Assembly: GCA_905178155.1 (NCBI GenBank)
Contig: CAJINV010000023.1
Coordinates: 586,289 to 650,288 of the forward strand
DNA from: Amoebophrya sp. A120
Lineage: Eukaryota > Protista > Dinoflagellata
Reading direction: 5' to 3'
Length of the DNA: 64,000 bases
Part shown: positions 52,101-64,000 of the stretch, piece by piece
Layout of the letters: each line of letters begins with the position of its first letter
How positions within the stretch are numbered: position 1 is the first letter of the stretch
Translations under genes and position numbers: made by a program
Notes under the pieces: model-generated
Told to the model about the DNA's origin: nothing
What the model saw: only the letters and a program-made list of their open reading frames with translations
The model's database searches: none

Positions 52101-53430
52101 AGAGCGGCGCATCAACGACTTCTAGGATCAGAGCCATTCTTTTGGGGTCCGCAGCACATTCTTGGCGTGCGGTGTCAGGATTTCGAGCAAAACAGCTACG
52201 CGACCGCGCTGCCATTCCTCTAGGTGGGAGTCATTAAAAGAGCGACCCCGGCAGCGCGGTGTTGCCTGGTCTCGGCCCAACGCCCGTGCTTTGGCGCTTA
52301 CGTGCTTCAGGCCTCCGGCCAATCCAAAACGCCCCGCCTGGCGATCAGGCCGCCTCGCGCTTGCATACTTCTGGGCAGCGGCTCCCGAACAGCGGCAGAC
52401 CACTTCTTCCGGGGCTGCCTAGGTTGCCTAATTCATGCGCCACATTTCTCAACGGGCCAAAGGCTTCGCAGGCGGGGCCGTCGTTGCTGCAAGGCAGCTT
52501 GGTCTGTGTCAAGGACCCGGCCAAAGCGCAAGCTCCGAAAGCAATCATCCTGCCCCGCATCTTGAAGGCCCTCGCAAAAGACCCAGCGTGGGCGCACGCC
52601 TTGGCTGGTCCGCTATCAAAAAAGCGGCAGGCTTCGCAGGCGATATCGCACTCCGTCGGGCAGGAATGCGTTCTGAGGTGGCGGGCAGGCTATTGCCGGC
52701 GCGCTGTGCCGAAAGGCTGAGCCCGCGACGCCGTTTTTCTAGAAGTCCCGGTCCCGGGCTTCCGGATGTTCTTTGGATTCTGCGAAGAAAGGTCCATCCG
52801 CGAGACCCCTAAAAGGTTTTTTTTCCGGAACCCTCGCAGCAGTGGGGGAAGCTTCCAAAAGTAGTGTTTTTGGCTACCCCTCCCGGAGGGTCCTCAACAA
52901 GGGTCTCGCAGAGGAGAAAGTCTCCAGCTTCGGAAGCCCTCGGCGCATCTTTCCGCCGGGGCCCCGGGCATCCCGGCCTGCCTACGGGCGAAGTTCGCAT
53001 AGGCCCCAGGGCCTACTGGAACTAGAGGCACGGAGGAGAAGGCGTAGGCCGCCGGGGCCTGCCGCTAGTTTACAGCTTTACCAGCGCGCCCGCCCCCCTC
53101 AGTTCGTTGTAGCTCTATCACAGCAAAAACGGCCATGGCCTTGAAAGCTTTCCCCACCAAACCCAACCGGGGCAATTTGTACCGATGGGGCTGCAGCGCG
53201 CAGGCTTCGCCGAGAGGGGTTCTGCCGCATGTGGCTGCGCTACTGAAGCGCGGCCCGCTTGGATTGGCGCCCATTACTCACGAAAGGGCATGAGGGCGCT
53301 GCGCAGAAGCAGAAAATCTGGCAGGCCAGGAAAGGGCCAAAACTGAGTGGGAAGGCGGGGCCTTTGATGTTCCCAACAACTCGTAGGTTGCGACTTCGGT
53401 TGATGCTGGAGGTCAGCATGCAATACAGAT
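49168..53430. repeat. Exact direct repeat R1, three copies (49168-49225, 51294-51342, 53376-53430)
   Basis: AGGTTGCGACTTCGGTTGATGCTGGAGGTCAGCATGCAATACAGAT is identical in all three. Confidence 0.9.
50270..51010. repeat. Degenerate tandem repeat (GGCCATCCCGGAGAAGT...AAAGTGAAATCTC units, then ~21-bp GAAAGTGAAATCTCGCTGAGATA units)
   Basis: Recurring units are visible near 50297, 50390, 50692, 50783, 50876 and 50916-51005. Confidence 0.8.
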
Positions 53431-54700
53431 CTATTAAGGTCGCGCCCGGAGGGCGATATTGGTAACCAAATGCGTGTGCGAAAATCTAACCAGCGCGAAG
53501 GTCCACCAACCTTTTTCTACCATCGCCGCGGCCCCGCGGGCCGCGCTTTCGCCGCGCGGCCGCTTCTGCAAACGAGAAAAAGCCCCATTTATTTCTAATT
53601 TCTAGATTCCCACGTCTTGGCAAGAGATCATGGTGGAGAGCGGCGCATCAACGACTTCTAGGATCTGCTGACTCCCACCGACACAAGCGCCGCAGCCCGT
53701 GTCTGCGATGCCGAAGGTCGGGCGGAAGAGCGGGCTGGAAAGATAGGCCTCATATTTGATGAGCCCGAAAAAACCCGTCGATCGTGATCCCCCCGGAACT
53801 GCTAGTTTGTTGTTCCGGAACCGCGCCACCGTAGAAGGACGCGACTTTGGATTTTTCACCAGCCGCGGGCGGCTGCGAAGAAGAAGATCCGGAGCCCGGA
53901 GCTGCTGTCTCCTTCTCCTGCATTTTGACCATCAACGCATGCGCCTTTTTGTCGACGGCAGACGGGAATGCGCGATCTTGTTTGCTGGGACGGTAGGAAG
54001 ATGGAGAGGCACTGGTGGTCTTGCCCTTTTTGCCTTTCCCCTTCGTGGCGGGGTTGGCGTTGCACTTCGAGGTAGGAAAACCAAAGCAAAAGCACGACTT
54101 TTTCATTTTGTCGCGACAGAAAAATTCCCCGAAAAAAAAAACAGCACGGAGCAATGTTCCCTACCGATTAATGGGCAAAAAAACTGTAATGAGTGTCGAA
54201 AAACTAGTGTCTTAATTGGCCCAAGTCTTTTGCAGATACCGACTTTGTATATCACGATAGACGACTACAAGGTTCGAACGATTGAAGAACGAGAAGAATA
54301 ATACTTCTTTAACGAACAAGAAGGCTTACGATGTGCAGAGACCGAAGATCGTTAAAGAAGAATAAATCAAACGAACGGGGAGGGTAGACGTCCTCGCGGG
54401 TGTTAGGGGTTTAAATTACTATTAGGCTTCTCCACCAATGTTGACCGACCGGTTGAACACGAAAATGTCAAACCAGAGATCAGAATTCATTCGGTTGAGA
54501 TACCCACAAAAGACTGTTCATTTTTGATGTACATTTCATGTTTCGCAATTCAGCAAGGCACGCTTGCTTTTTCTCTTTCTCGCGGGGAAAAAAAGTCAGA
54601 AAAAACATCAACAGATTCTGTTTCTTTCATTCACACGAGCGTGGCAACACAGCAAGAGATCATGGTGGAGAGCGGCGCATCAACGACTTCTAGGATCAGA
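52081..54700. repeat. Exact direct repeat R2, three copies (52081-52132, 53617-53665, 54652-54700)
   Basis: GCAAGAGATCATGGTGGAGAGCGGCGCATCAACGACTTCTAGGATC is identical in all three. Confidence 0.9.
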
Positions 54701-57538
54701 CGGATCGTGCCTTCTGACCATGCAGGGGTTCTTCATTTTAGTAGGGCCCACGCGGAATCTACTGACGAGAGGAGCTCTTATATTGTAATGAAACATGATC
54801 CCCCCCATATCGAAAAGAAAATTTGTGATGCTGATTTGTGAGGACCACATAATTCGTCTTGCGTATAAGGCAACCGGCACCCATGTGGCGCATTTTGCAG
54901 CGAGTCTGTCATGCGTTTTCGCCTATGTCGCACTTGTTTCTAATGCTCAGCTGCTACCCGGATGCGTACCCAAATGGGCTCAGAATAAGCCGACAAGCTC
55001 TTGCTGCAGTACAAAGCTCATTTGTGTACACAAATCCAGCAACACAAATTGTCTCTTTGATATGGGATGGGCGCTTTTTTCACTTTGATATCTTAGAAGT
55101 TTGCAAGACCTTCGGCAACGCGGGGTTGCCAGGGCATGAGCAGGAGAAAATATCGAAAGGAAACTACATCCCGCCTCCACCTCCATATCAAGAAAGGGGA
55201 AATCTCCGATGCAAGATCATTTCCGTACACAAATCAGCTCTGTCTTGCAGTAAGAGAATTATGGCGGCAGATGCAAAGCCTGGGCCGGGATGTTTTGAGC
55301 TAGGCGCTTAGGATGGCAAACGTCTGCCCTTTAGGTCCAACGGCATCACAAACGAAACCGCGCGCATAATGTAGCGAACTTTCTGGATTTGTCTCCTTGC
55401 AACACAGACGCGACCTGTCGCTGCAAATCAGCATCACAAATTTGCAGAAGCATGCCGCTTCAATATGGGGAGGGGAGATTTCTCCTTACGATAGCACAGA
55501 GCTGAAAACCAGAGGCGAGCCGATCGAGAATATCCAGTGCAAAAGTATCGTACTCGCATTGCCATCATGCATTACAAATCCTTTTCTTAAGGTAAATCTG
55601 CATTACAAATTTTATTTCTAATGCTGAGGAAATTTGTAATGCATTTATACGAGTACGATACTTTTGCAGTTCATAGAGAATATCCAGTGCAAATATCCTT
55701 AGATGTCTGGAAGGATCCGAACTTGTGATGCGAATTGCGGTTCTTCGTGCAAAGATTTGTATTGCATGACTGGCAACAGGTGCAGCTTACACCTCTGGCC
55801 ATGCTGAGAGGGTATTTCTCATGCGGAAAAGGCATCGGAAAGGGGCTGCAGAAACTGTGACCATGCTAGGACCCGCATTCCAGATTTGAGAGAGGGAGCT
55901 AGAAAAACTGCATGACAAAAAATACAAGCTTTTATGCAATACAGATTTTTCTGGAGTCCTGGACAAGCAATACAAGTTCAACCTTTCCAGACCCAGACAT
56001 ATTTGCATTTGATACCAGGCTGTGCTCGGTGGGGATCAGTCGGTCCAGTTTCCCGTGGATAATCAGCACGGGCTGGTTGCTGATGTTCTGGATGTGCAGT
56101 AAGTTTTGAAACCGGTCTATCACAAGAAAAAAGTGTTACAGTTACAACACATTTGTTGTAAGTAACTTCAGCAAGACAAATTTTCTCTGCATGAGAGAGA
56201 AAACTTGCAATGCCCAGACCATGATAAGGGAAAACACGTATGAAATGAAGCACGGAAGCATTTCTGGCATGACAGAGGTTGTCTGTCATGCTGGGCTTGC
56301 AACACAATGTGTATACTGTAACACTTTTTTCCCACGATACGGTCGCGCCGATCGGGGAACAAACTGCTTGTGGAGGTTGTGCTCGAGCGGCTGCCGGTCG
56401 TTGCAGTTATGCAATACAAATCAACAGTTCCCGCACATGATGCACACAGTGCATCACAAATTTTTTCCTCGATGTAGAGCTGCATGCAGCTTGTCTCGCA
56501 GCAAACGAGATTGCGAGAGAAGTTTTGTGATGCAAAAACGAGTGTGCGGTATTGATTTTTTTTGGACGATAGTAGTGCCCCCCGATGCCACCGCCGGCGC
56601 CGCCCCGTACGTGATCTATGAATTGCAAATATGCCTGCGTCTGGAAGATTTTGAGACTTGTCATGCACGTTTTGCATGAGCCATGATGTCTATGTCTAAT
56701 AGCATCACAGATTTTTCGAGGGCTTATTGATGCGTGCTCCGCATGACAAATGCCCTCTTCGCGTAGCAAAAATTACATTCCCTTCACTGCTCATGCAATA
56801 CAGTTTTTTTTGGAATCCAGATGCAGCATCACAAGTTGCACTCTACTTCCAGACGCAGACATATTTGCAGTTGATACGACCCAGGGAAAGACCAGGTTTT
56901 TGAACAGAAAGCCGACGAGCGCAGCTTTGACTCTCGCGCCGGCGCCTACGTTATGCATTGCAAATCTGTCTGGGTCTGGATGAAGGATCCGATCTTGTGA
57001 TGCGGGTTGCGGACTGTGCAAAGATTTGTGTTGCATGACCGGCAGCAGGTGCGCACTTCTGGCCATGCTGAGAGGGTATTTCTCATGCAGAATAGGCATC
57101 ACGAAGGGGCTGCAGAACCTGTGATGCTAGGAGCCGCATTCTAGATTCATTTGAGGGAGCTAGAAAAACTGCATGACAAAAAATCTCGGAATCTTCCGGA
57201 CCCAGATCGATAATTGCATTTCATAGAGTATCCTGAGTAAAAACGTACCCACACCATAGTCAAGATGGGGAATCGGCTAGACAAATCCACAAGTTTTGGC
57301 TGTTTTGCATGACAAATTTGGATTCGTAGTGTAGTGCTGTTTGAGCTAGCTCAGCAGCATCACAGATCTAGCATACCATGCTGATTGGAGCATGACAAAT
57401 TGCAAAACACGACTAGAAAATGCTTCTCATGGGGCTCCGCATGAGAAACATTTTCAGCATGCAGATTTGCATTACAACTCTGGCGTGGGTACGTTTTTAC
57501 TCAGGATATAGAGAAGACACAAGAACGATGCCGGGCTT
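54680..57538 (-). pseudogene. Alpha/beta-hydrolase (ABHD17/ABHD13-like) C-terminal half; 5' half missing, 3' end uncertain
   Basis: Rebuilt minus frame: PGIVLVSSLGAGARV...DRFQNLLHIQNISNQPVLIIHGKLDRLIPTEHS. No nucleophile-containing N-terminal half is found upstream and no clear catalytic His motif downstream. Confidence 0.55.
56408..56571. mobile_element. Singleton TIR element (family J)
   Basis: Ends TATGCAATACAAATCAA / TTGATTTTTTTTGGACGATA; flanks GCAGT/GTAGT; carries GCATCACAAA motifs. Confidence 0.75.
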
Positions 57539-58103
57539 TATCCCGTGTAAAATAAACTTTCCCGCGCCATAGTCAAGTTGGTAAATCTGCAACACAAATC
57601 TCCCAGCTTTGGGAGGTATATGCATGACAAGTTAATATCTGTAGTGTAGTGCAGTTTATTAGCAAGGACAGCCATATCACAAAGACGCCTGCTCATCCTG
57701 TAGTTTACAGCATTACAAACCCCAGAACACGACTACAAATTCCTCTCTTGCGGATGTGCATTACAGATTTTTCTGTAGATGCAAATCTGCATGCGTTGTT
57801 ATCATGCAGATCTGCAACTACAGAAGCATTTGTGAAGATGCGGCGCATGATCCCCATGAAGAGGGGCATTTCCGATCGTGTTTCCCGGACGAGCAGAAAA
57901 TGCTGTAAACAGGAGACGTAGAAGGTGGCGTTGTAAAAATGTTGCTGCTGCACATGCACTTGCTGATGCTGAACAAACTGCAGTATGATACAGAGAGGAG
58001 CTTGTTATCATGCGTGATTCCCAAAAAAACTTCTGGGTTTCTGTTGGGATTACATCTGCATCTTGAGGACTCTGGTGTGCGGACGCTTATTTTCCTCAGG
58101 ATA

Positions 58104-61100
58104 CGCTATGTACTCTCATCTTCTTCAGCATCAGCAGGAGCTGCTTCAGCTTCCAACATATCAAAATGAAAAATCCCCCCTCCCCATGTCAAAAAGGAAA
58201 GCTGTGATGCAGATTTACAGTCACAAATCAGCTTTGTCATTCTAGAAGGGAAAAGATGCGGACTGTAGTGCTGAGTGGCGTGGGGAAGCCTGCATGTTCA
58301 GCATGATAGGAAGCAACAGGAAGTGGGAAACAGCATGACCAATTGCCTGCAAACGAGGCCACAACTGCGGCTCGGGCTCTTGGCCTTCTAGCATTACAAG
58401 TCGATTTCTGTACTCAAATACAGCATCACAAATTTCGTTTTCGATGCGGGGAGGGGGAGTTTTTCCTTTTGATACAACAGCTTGAAAATTCCCTGGCTTT
58501 TGCTCGGAACAACGCTTGGGCTGTTTTGCGCTGCCTACCTGGTATCAAATGTAAAAATGTCCTCTGGGTCTGGAAGATTCTGAGACTTGTCATGCATGTT
58601 TTGCATGACCCAGGACGTCTGTAATGCATGCCCTAGCATCACAGATTTTTAGAGGGCTTCCTGATGCCTACTCCGCATGATAAACGCCATCCCCGCGTAG
58701 CACACACCTAGACTCCTCTTGCTGGTCGTGCAAAAATACAGAGTTTTTTAGAGTCCGAAGTTAGCATCACAAGTTCCAACCTTCCAGACCCAGACACTTT
58801 TGCATTTGATCCCTGGCAGGGAGGATCAACTATGGAATCAACCACGATCCATCATCATCTTCCTCGTGCGCAGGAGCTTGGGCAGTTCTTGGACCTACTT
58901 CCAAGCTCAAATTTCGCCAGCAGCGCAGCAGTCTGGCGAGTGGCGCGCAGTTGAGTGGGCCTGATGCCCTGCAAGGAGGTATCAAAATGAAAAATCCCCC
59001 CTCCCCATATCGAACCGGAAATTTCTGTTGCTGGATTTGTGTACACAAATCAGCTCTGTCTTGCAGTGGAGGAATGCAGGCCCATATCATGCCAATGTAG
59101 AGAGGTTTTGGCATAGGCAAGCAGCATGAGGGCTGTCTATGCTGTAGGCCCAACAGCATTACAAACCGCCTGCATAATGGGGCGGAGCATATGCCGTTGC
59201 TTTCTTGCAAGACAGACACGATCTGTGGCCACCAACCAGCTTCGCAAATTCTCTGAGGCATGCCTTTTCGATATGGGGAGGGGGGGTTTTTCTTTACGAT
59301 AGGAGGCCAGAATGTTCCTCGTCCGAGAACCTCTTCGGCAGGGCGAGATGAGATGAAAATGAATAATAAAGTAGAAGCGCCGCACGTCCCGCAGCCGCCT
59401 GTTAAGAATACACCCACGTCGAGCGCAACAAGCCCAACATCAAGGCCCACCAGTTCTTCGCAGCTCGTCGCGACACAACAAGTCCCAAATGGTGGTCTGA
59501 AAAGGAACCATCAGACGTCTACTGACGCGGCCGCTGGTGCCCTGTACGGCATCTGCAGCGTTGTGTCAGCGGCTGGCAGCGTATGAGAGTGCACAGCCCC
59601 CCCTCGTCGTGCTCATCATTTCTCATGCAAAATACCCAATTCCACACTTTCCCTCCTGTCACTATTATGCATGACAAGTTCTGGCACTGGCAGCCCAAAT
59701 GGCACTACACTCCTGTGCAAACTTGTCATGCAAAACCTGCATTCTGGTTGACACTTGTATTGCCGTTCATGCTAAACGAATGAGGGGGAGGCGGAGTTGT
59801 GCTTTGTCATACAGCGTGTTGCTGTTCGAAGACGGATATCAAATGTAAAAATGTCTGGGTCTGGAAGAATGCAATTAATATTTACATTGCTTAACTTCCG
59901 GGTTCTGGTCCCGCCTACCCCCCGGCGACAGGTGACCTCGACAGGTGACCGCGACAGGTGACCTTGACAGGTGACCTCGACAGGTGACCTTGACAGGTGA
60001 CGCTGACAGGTGACCTTGACAGGTGACTTTGACAGGTGACCTTGACAGGTGACCCGGACAGGTGGCCGCGACAGGCGAAGCGAGAGGATAAAGCAAAGGC
60101 GAGACCAGCGCCTGGGCGCAAATATTTATTTTTCACGCCAAACTCCGCTCTTGACATGAAAAATAAATTAAACGCGCCCAAACAAAAAAATGCGACGCGA
60201 AAAATGAAAAAGATTGAAGCTGTAACACAAACTGCCTCCATAAACAAAGAAGTCTTCGCGTTGTGATGCCAAAATCAACAAGCGGCTATCTCTGCAATGC
60301 ACGGCCAGGAGACAGCTTCTTACTTTGCTCTGTGGAATCGGAAAGGCGTTGCGCTTCAACATTAGAGAACTTTTTTGCAGCAGCCACACAGAGATATTCA
60401 CTTTGCTTCTATTTTTGTTTTTTCTTGCGAAATGCAGTGTGCCTAATTCGCCCTTTTTCCACTAGCGCTTAGCTCACTGAGCGACTACGCGCGCGCCTGG
60501 TGTGAGGCGAGGGGCGGACGCTGTCCGCCCCGATGCCGAACACCCTCCCCCCACTAGCGTTTCGCGCACTAAGCCACTACGCGCGCGCCTGGTGTGAGGC
60601 GAGGGGCGGACGCTGTCCGCCCCGATGCCGAACACCCTTCCCCCACTAGCGCCACTAGGGACGAGCACAAGGCCCCAGCGTGGGGACCCTGTCCCCACGC
60701 TCGGGTGGGCCTTGTTTGTCATGCTAAATCTGAAGCATGCAAAAATCTGTGTTGCATGATTGGCAAAAGTCGTCCAGTTTTGAGCAAGTCGGGAGAAAGT
60801 TTCTCATGCAGGATAGGCATGAGAGAGATCGCACAGAATCTGTCATGCTAGGTCCTGCATTCCAGACCTCATGGGTCATGGAAAAGCTGCATGACAAATC
60901 GCGCATTCTTCCAGACCCAGACATTTTTACATTTGATAACGGAGCGAACATCGACGCCGCGGATGCGGTATGCATTGCAAATACGTCTGGGTCTGGAAGG
61001 TTCTGAGACTTGTCATGCGCGTTTTGCGTGCGCCATGATGTCTGTGATGCATGTGTGCCCTAGCATCACAGTTTTTTTGAGGGCTTCTTGATGCCTATTC

Positions 61101-64000
61101 CGCATGACATCAAATGCCCTCTCCGCGTAGAAGTTGTAGCAGAAATTACATTTTTCCCTTTGCTGCTCATGCAATACAGATTTCTTTGGAATCCAACCGC
61201 AGCATCACAAGTAAGCTGCATTCTTCCAGGCCCAGACATATTTGCATTCGATATGCGGTCGTGCGGACGTCGCAGGGTCCGGTGCAGGAGTTTAAAAAGC
61301 ATGTGTATCAAATGCAAATATCCCTGGATGTCTAGAAGGTCACAACTTGTGATGCTGTCTGTGGATTCTAAGAAAATTTGTACTGCATGACCAGCAAGAG
61401 GGGTCCGGCTTGTCCTACGTGAGAGGGCATTTCTCATGCGAAATAGGCAAGAGGGAGCCCTCCAAAAATCTGTGATGCTAGGCCATGCATGACAGGTATC
61501 ATGGGTCATGCATAATATACATGGCAAATCTAGAAATCTTCCAGACCCAGACATTTTTGCATTTGGTAATGTGGGGGCCAGGACCACGCTCGCTATCTTG
61601 TCAGACACGTTTTTCGAACCTATCCGGAAGCTGCCACGAACGATATTCAAAGGAAAATAAATCCCCCCTCCCCATATCGAAAAGGAAATCTGTGATGCTG
61701 GATTTCCGTACACAAATCAGATTTGTCTTGCAATAGAGGACCTCTGCAGGCATACGCGGACCCTGGGCAGCGAGGTTTTGACATACACATAGGCGCCTAG
61801 CATTTCAAATGTCCACATTGTAGGCCCAGCAGCAACACAAACCGCCTGCATAGTGCGGCGTAGCCTGTGGGGTTGCCTTCTTGCAAGACAGAGACGATTT
61901 GTGGCCACAAATCAGCATTGCAGATTTCCCACCTTGGCTTCCTTGCTTTTCGATATGGGGAGGGGGGATCATTTTTGCTTACGATAAACGATGCTCGATC
62001 ACCTGTTGCAAGAAATCGCCGCAGCAGCGGCTCCGGAACCTGGACATATATCCTATGTGAAAACGTCCCCACACCGGAGTTGTGATGCAGATCTGCATGC
62101 CAAAAAAGTTTCTGATGCGGAGCCGCATGAGAAGCATTCTCTAGTGTAGTTTGGGCATTTGTCATGCTCTAATCAGCATTACAGGCTGGGTCTGTGATGC
62201 TGCTGAACAAGCTACACAGGATTACTCTACGAGGCTAAACTTGTCATGTGCAACAACCAAGGCTGCCTGATTTGTCTAGCAGGTTTCCCATCTTGACTAT
62301 GGGGTGGGGACATCTTTGCTCAGGATAGTTTCATCCAAGTCCCCGACCAAAAATCCTGTGGACGAGCTCGTGGAAAGGGGTGCGCCGGTTCCGAAGCGTT
62401 ATCAGGCAGTATGTATCAAATGCAAATACGTCTGGGTCTGGATGGTTGGAACTTGTATGTAATGCTACTGCTAGCTTTCCATATTACCTAGAAAATCTGT
62501 ATTGCATAACCAACAAATGTCGCAACCTCTTTTGTACATGCAAAAACGCAGTTTCTCATGCGGATTGCCAATGAGCAGAAAGCGTTCAGGAAAGTTGTCA
62601 TGCTGGGTTGCATTCGGAACTGTTTCGATCGTTCACATTTTAGCATCACAAGTTTCCAGACGCAGACATCTGTGCATTTGATAGTATGTGTGCAAGCACA
62701 AAAACGAACTCGACTTCTACATCTCGAACGTGTTCAGCGATCGTATCAAATGCAAAAGTGTCTGGGTCTGGAACAAAGCAACTTGTCACGCTAAATCTGA
62801 ATCATGTAAAAATCTGTGTTGCATGATTGCCAAAAGCTGTCCACTTTTGACCTAATCGAGAGACAGTTTCTCATGCAGGATAGGCATGACAGAACTAACA
62901 CAGAATCTGTCATGATGCTATGTCCTACATCCCAGACCTCATGGGTCATGGAAAACCTGCATGACAAGTCTGGCACTCTTCCAGACCCAGATACTTTTGC
63001 AGTTGATAGATCGCGAGGTTCTACAATGTGCGGCGACCTTTCGCCAGAACGAACCGAAAAGAGGAACGCGGATGATCACCTCCGGGCTAAAGTACATTGC
63101 TACGTATCAAAAGGAAAAATCCCCCCTTCCCATATCAAAACGAGGTTTGTGATGCTGGATTTGCGTACACAAATCAGACTTGTCTTGCTCGAGAGGACTG
63201 CAGGCGTATACTAAGCCTGAGTCGAAAGATTTCGGGCTAGGCGCTGAGCATGGAAAACCTGTAGTCTGCAGGGCCAACAGCATCACAAACCGCCTGCAGA
63301 ATGCGGCGGAGCCTGTGGAGTTACGTTCCTGCAAGACAGAGACGAGTTGTGGCCACAAATCAGCATTGCAAATTGTCTGAGACGTGCCTTTTCATCGACA
63401 TGGGGAGGGGGCAATTTTCATTGTAATACTACGCTGCTGCTCACTAAGGTCTGCTCCGAAGTGCACCTCTACGGCTTCCAGGATCACCCGGGGAAACCCG
63501 CCCTGTACCACTACTTTGACTGGGTACATTATCGCAACTCAAAAGTGTTTTACAGTTGCACATTGTCATGCAAGACTGGAAACAGAGACAACCTTCCTCA
63601 TGCAGGAAATGCTTCGGAGCCTCGTTTCCTTCCTGTTTTCCGTTGTGATCTTCACATTACAAGTTTTCTCTGCCACACAGAGAAAATTTGTGATGCAGAA
63701 ACTCCAACAAGTGTGTAACTGTCACACTTTTTTCTCGGGATATACATAAAAAGCAGGTGGATGTTGGTACAACTGGCGTCACAACCAACAAGGTCGTGAA
63801 CCACGATGGCAGAAATAAAGATGAAAATCAAATAAATGCGACCAGCGCGGTCTCGTTCCCCTCGCGGCCGCCCGGAGCAGAAAAAAAAAATGAGAAAGCG
63901 AAAGTGTATCACGGCGAGGAAAACAAGTCCGCCTATCCTGAGTAAAAACGTACCCACACCAGAGTTGTAATGCAGATTTGCAAAGACAGGAAGACTTGTA
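58104..64000 (+). CDS. GT29 sialyltransferase-like type II membrane protein (runs off window), 14 element interruptions
   Basis: Rebuilt frame has TM segment IPWLLLGTTLGLFCAAYLAG, sialylmotif-L-like CSVVSAAGSVLLFEDGANIDAADAVVRTSQGPVQEFKKHVGARTT, S-motif-like ITSGLKYIATLLLTKVCSEVHLYGF and motif-III-like YHYFD. Possible ATG at 57528. Confidence 0.85.
59582..59811. mobile_element. Family G TIR element (~230 bp); representative copy
   Basis: Ends TATGAGAGTGCACAGC / GTTGTGCTTTGTCATA; flanks CAGCG/CAGCG. Others: 7802-8033, 27209-27883, 29480-29718. Confidence 0.85.
59873..60722. mobile_element. Nested repeat K, copy 2 (longer)
   Basis: Same termini AATTAATATTTACATTGC ... GGGTGGGCCTTGTTTGTCAT; lies inside a family A element. 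Confidence 0.8.

Noticed and set aside
1-64000. Hundreds of short ORFs with recurring peptides (FQTQTFLHLI, CKNVWVWK, YGEGGFF)
   Set aside because: They are translations of the TIRs of families A and D, not proteins.

Overview
Eukaryotic genomic scaffold with one N-gap (4051-4708). The ORF track is almost entirely noise because the real genes are shredded by about 140 (manual count) short elements, mostly 150-340 bp. Each has terminal inverted repeats (TIRs), starts TAT/TAC, ends ATA/GTA, and is flanked by a 5-bp direct repeat. They fall into about 10 TIR families that share one internal motif (GCAT[G/C/T]ACA). Deleting each element plus one copy of its 5-bp repeat rebuilds long, recognisable reading frames. 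These are an NDP-sugar C-methyltransferase, a GT61 glycosyltransferase, a ~24-kb multidomain lectin/adhesin gene (54 interruptions), an alpha/beta-hydrolase fragment and a GT29 sialyltransferase-like gene. I found no convincing GT-AG intron in these genes. The window therefore shows a transposon-derived, non-canonical intron system (or precise DNA excision system) at saturation. It resembles the IR/DR introner-type non-canonical introns reported in the syndinian dinoflagellate Amoebophrya, though the organism is my inference. Several secondary elements are nested in these elements, some at specific sites. All coordinates and translations were read by hand and may be off by a base or two.
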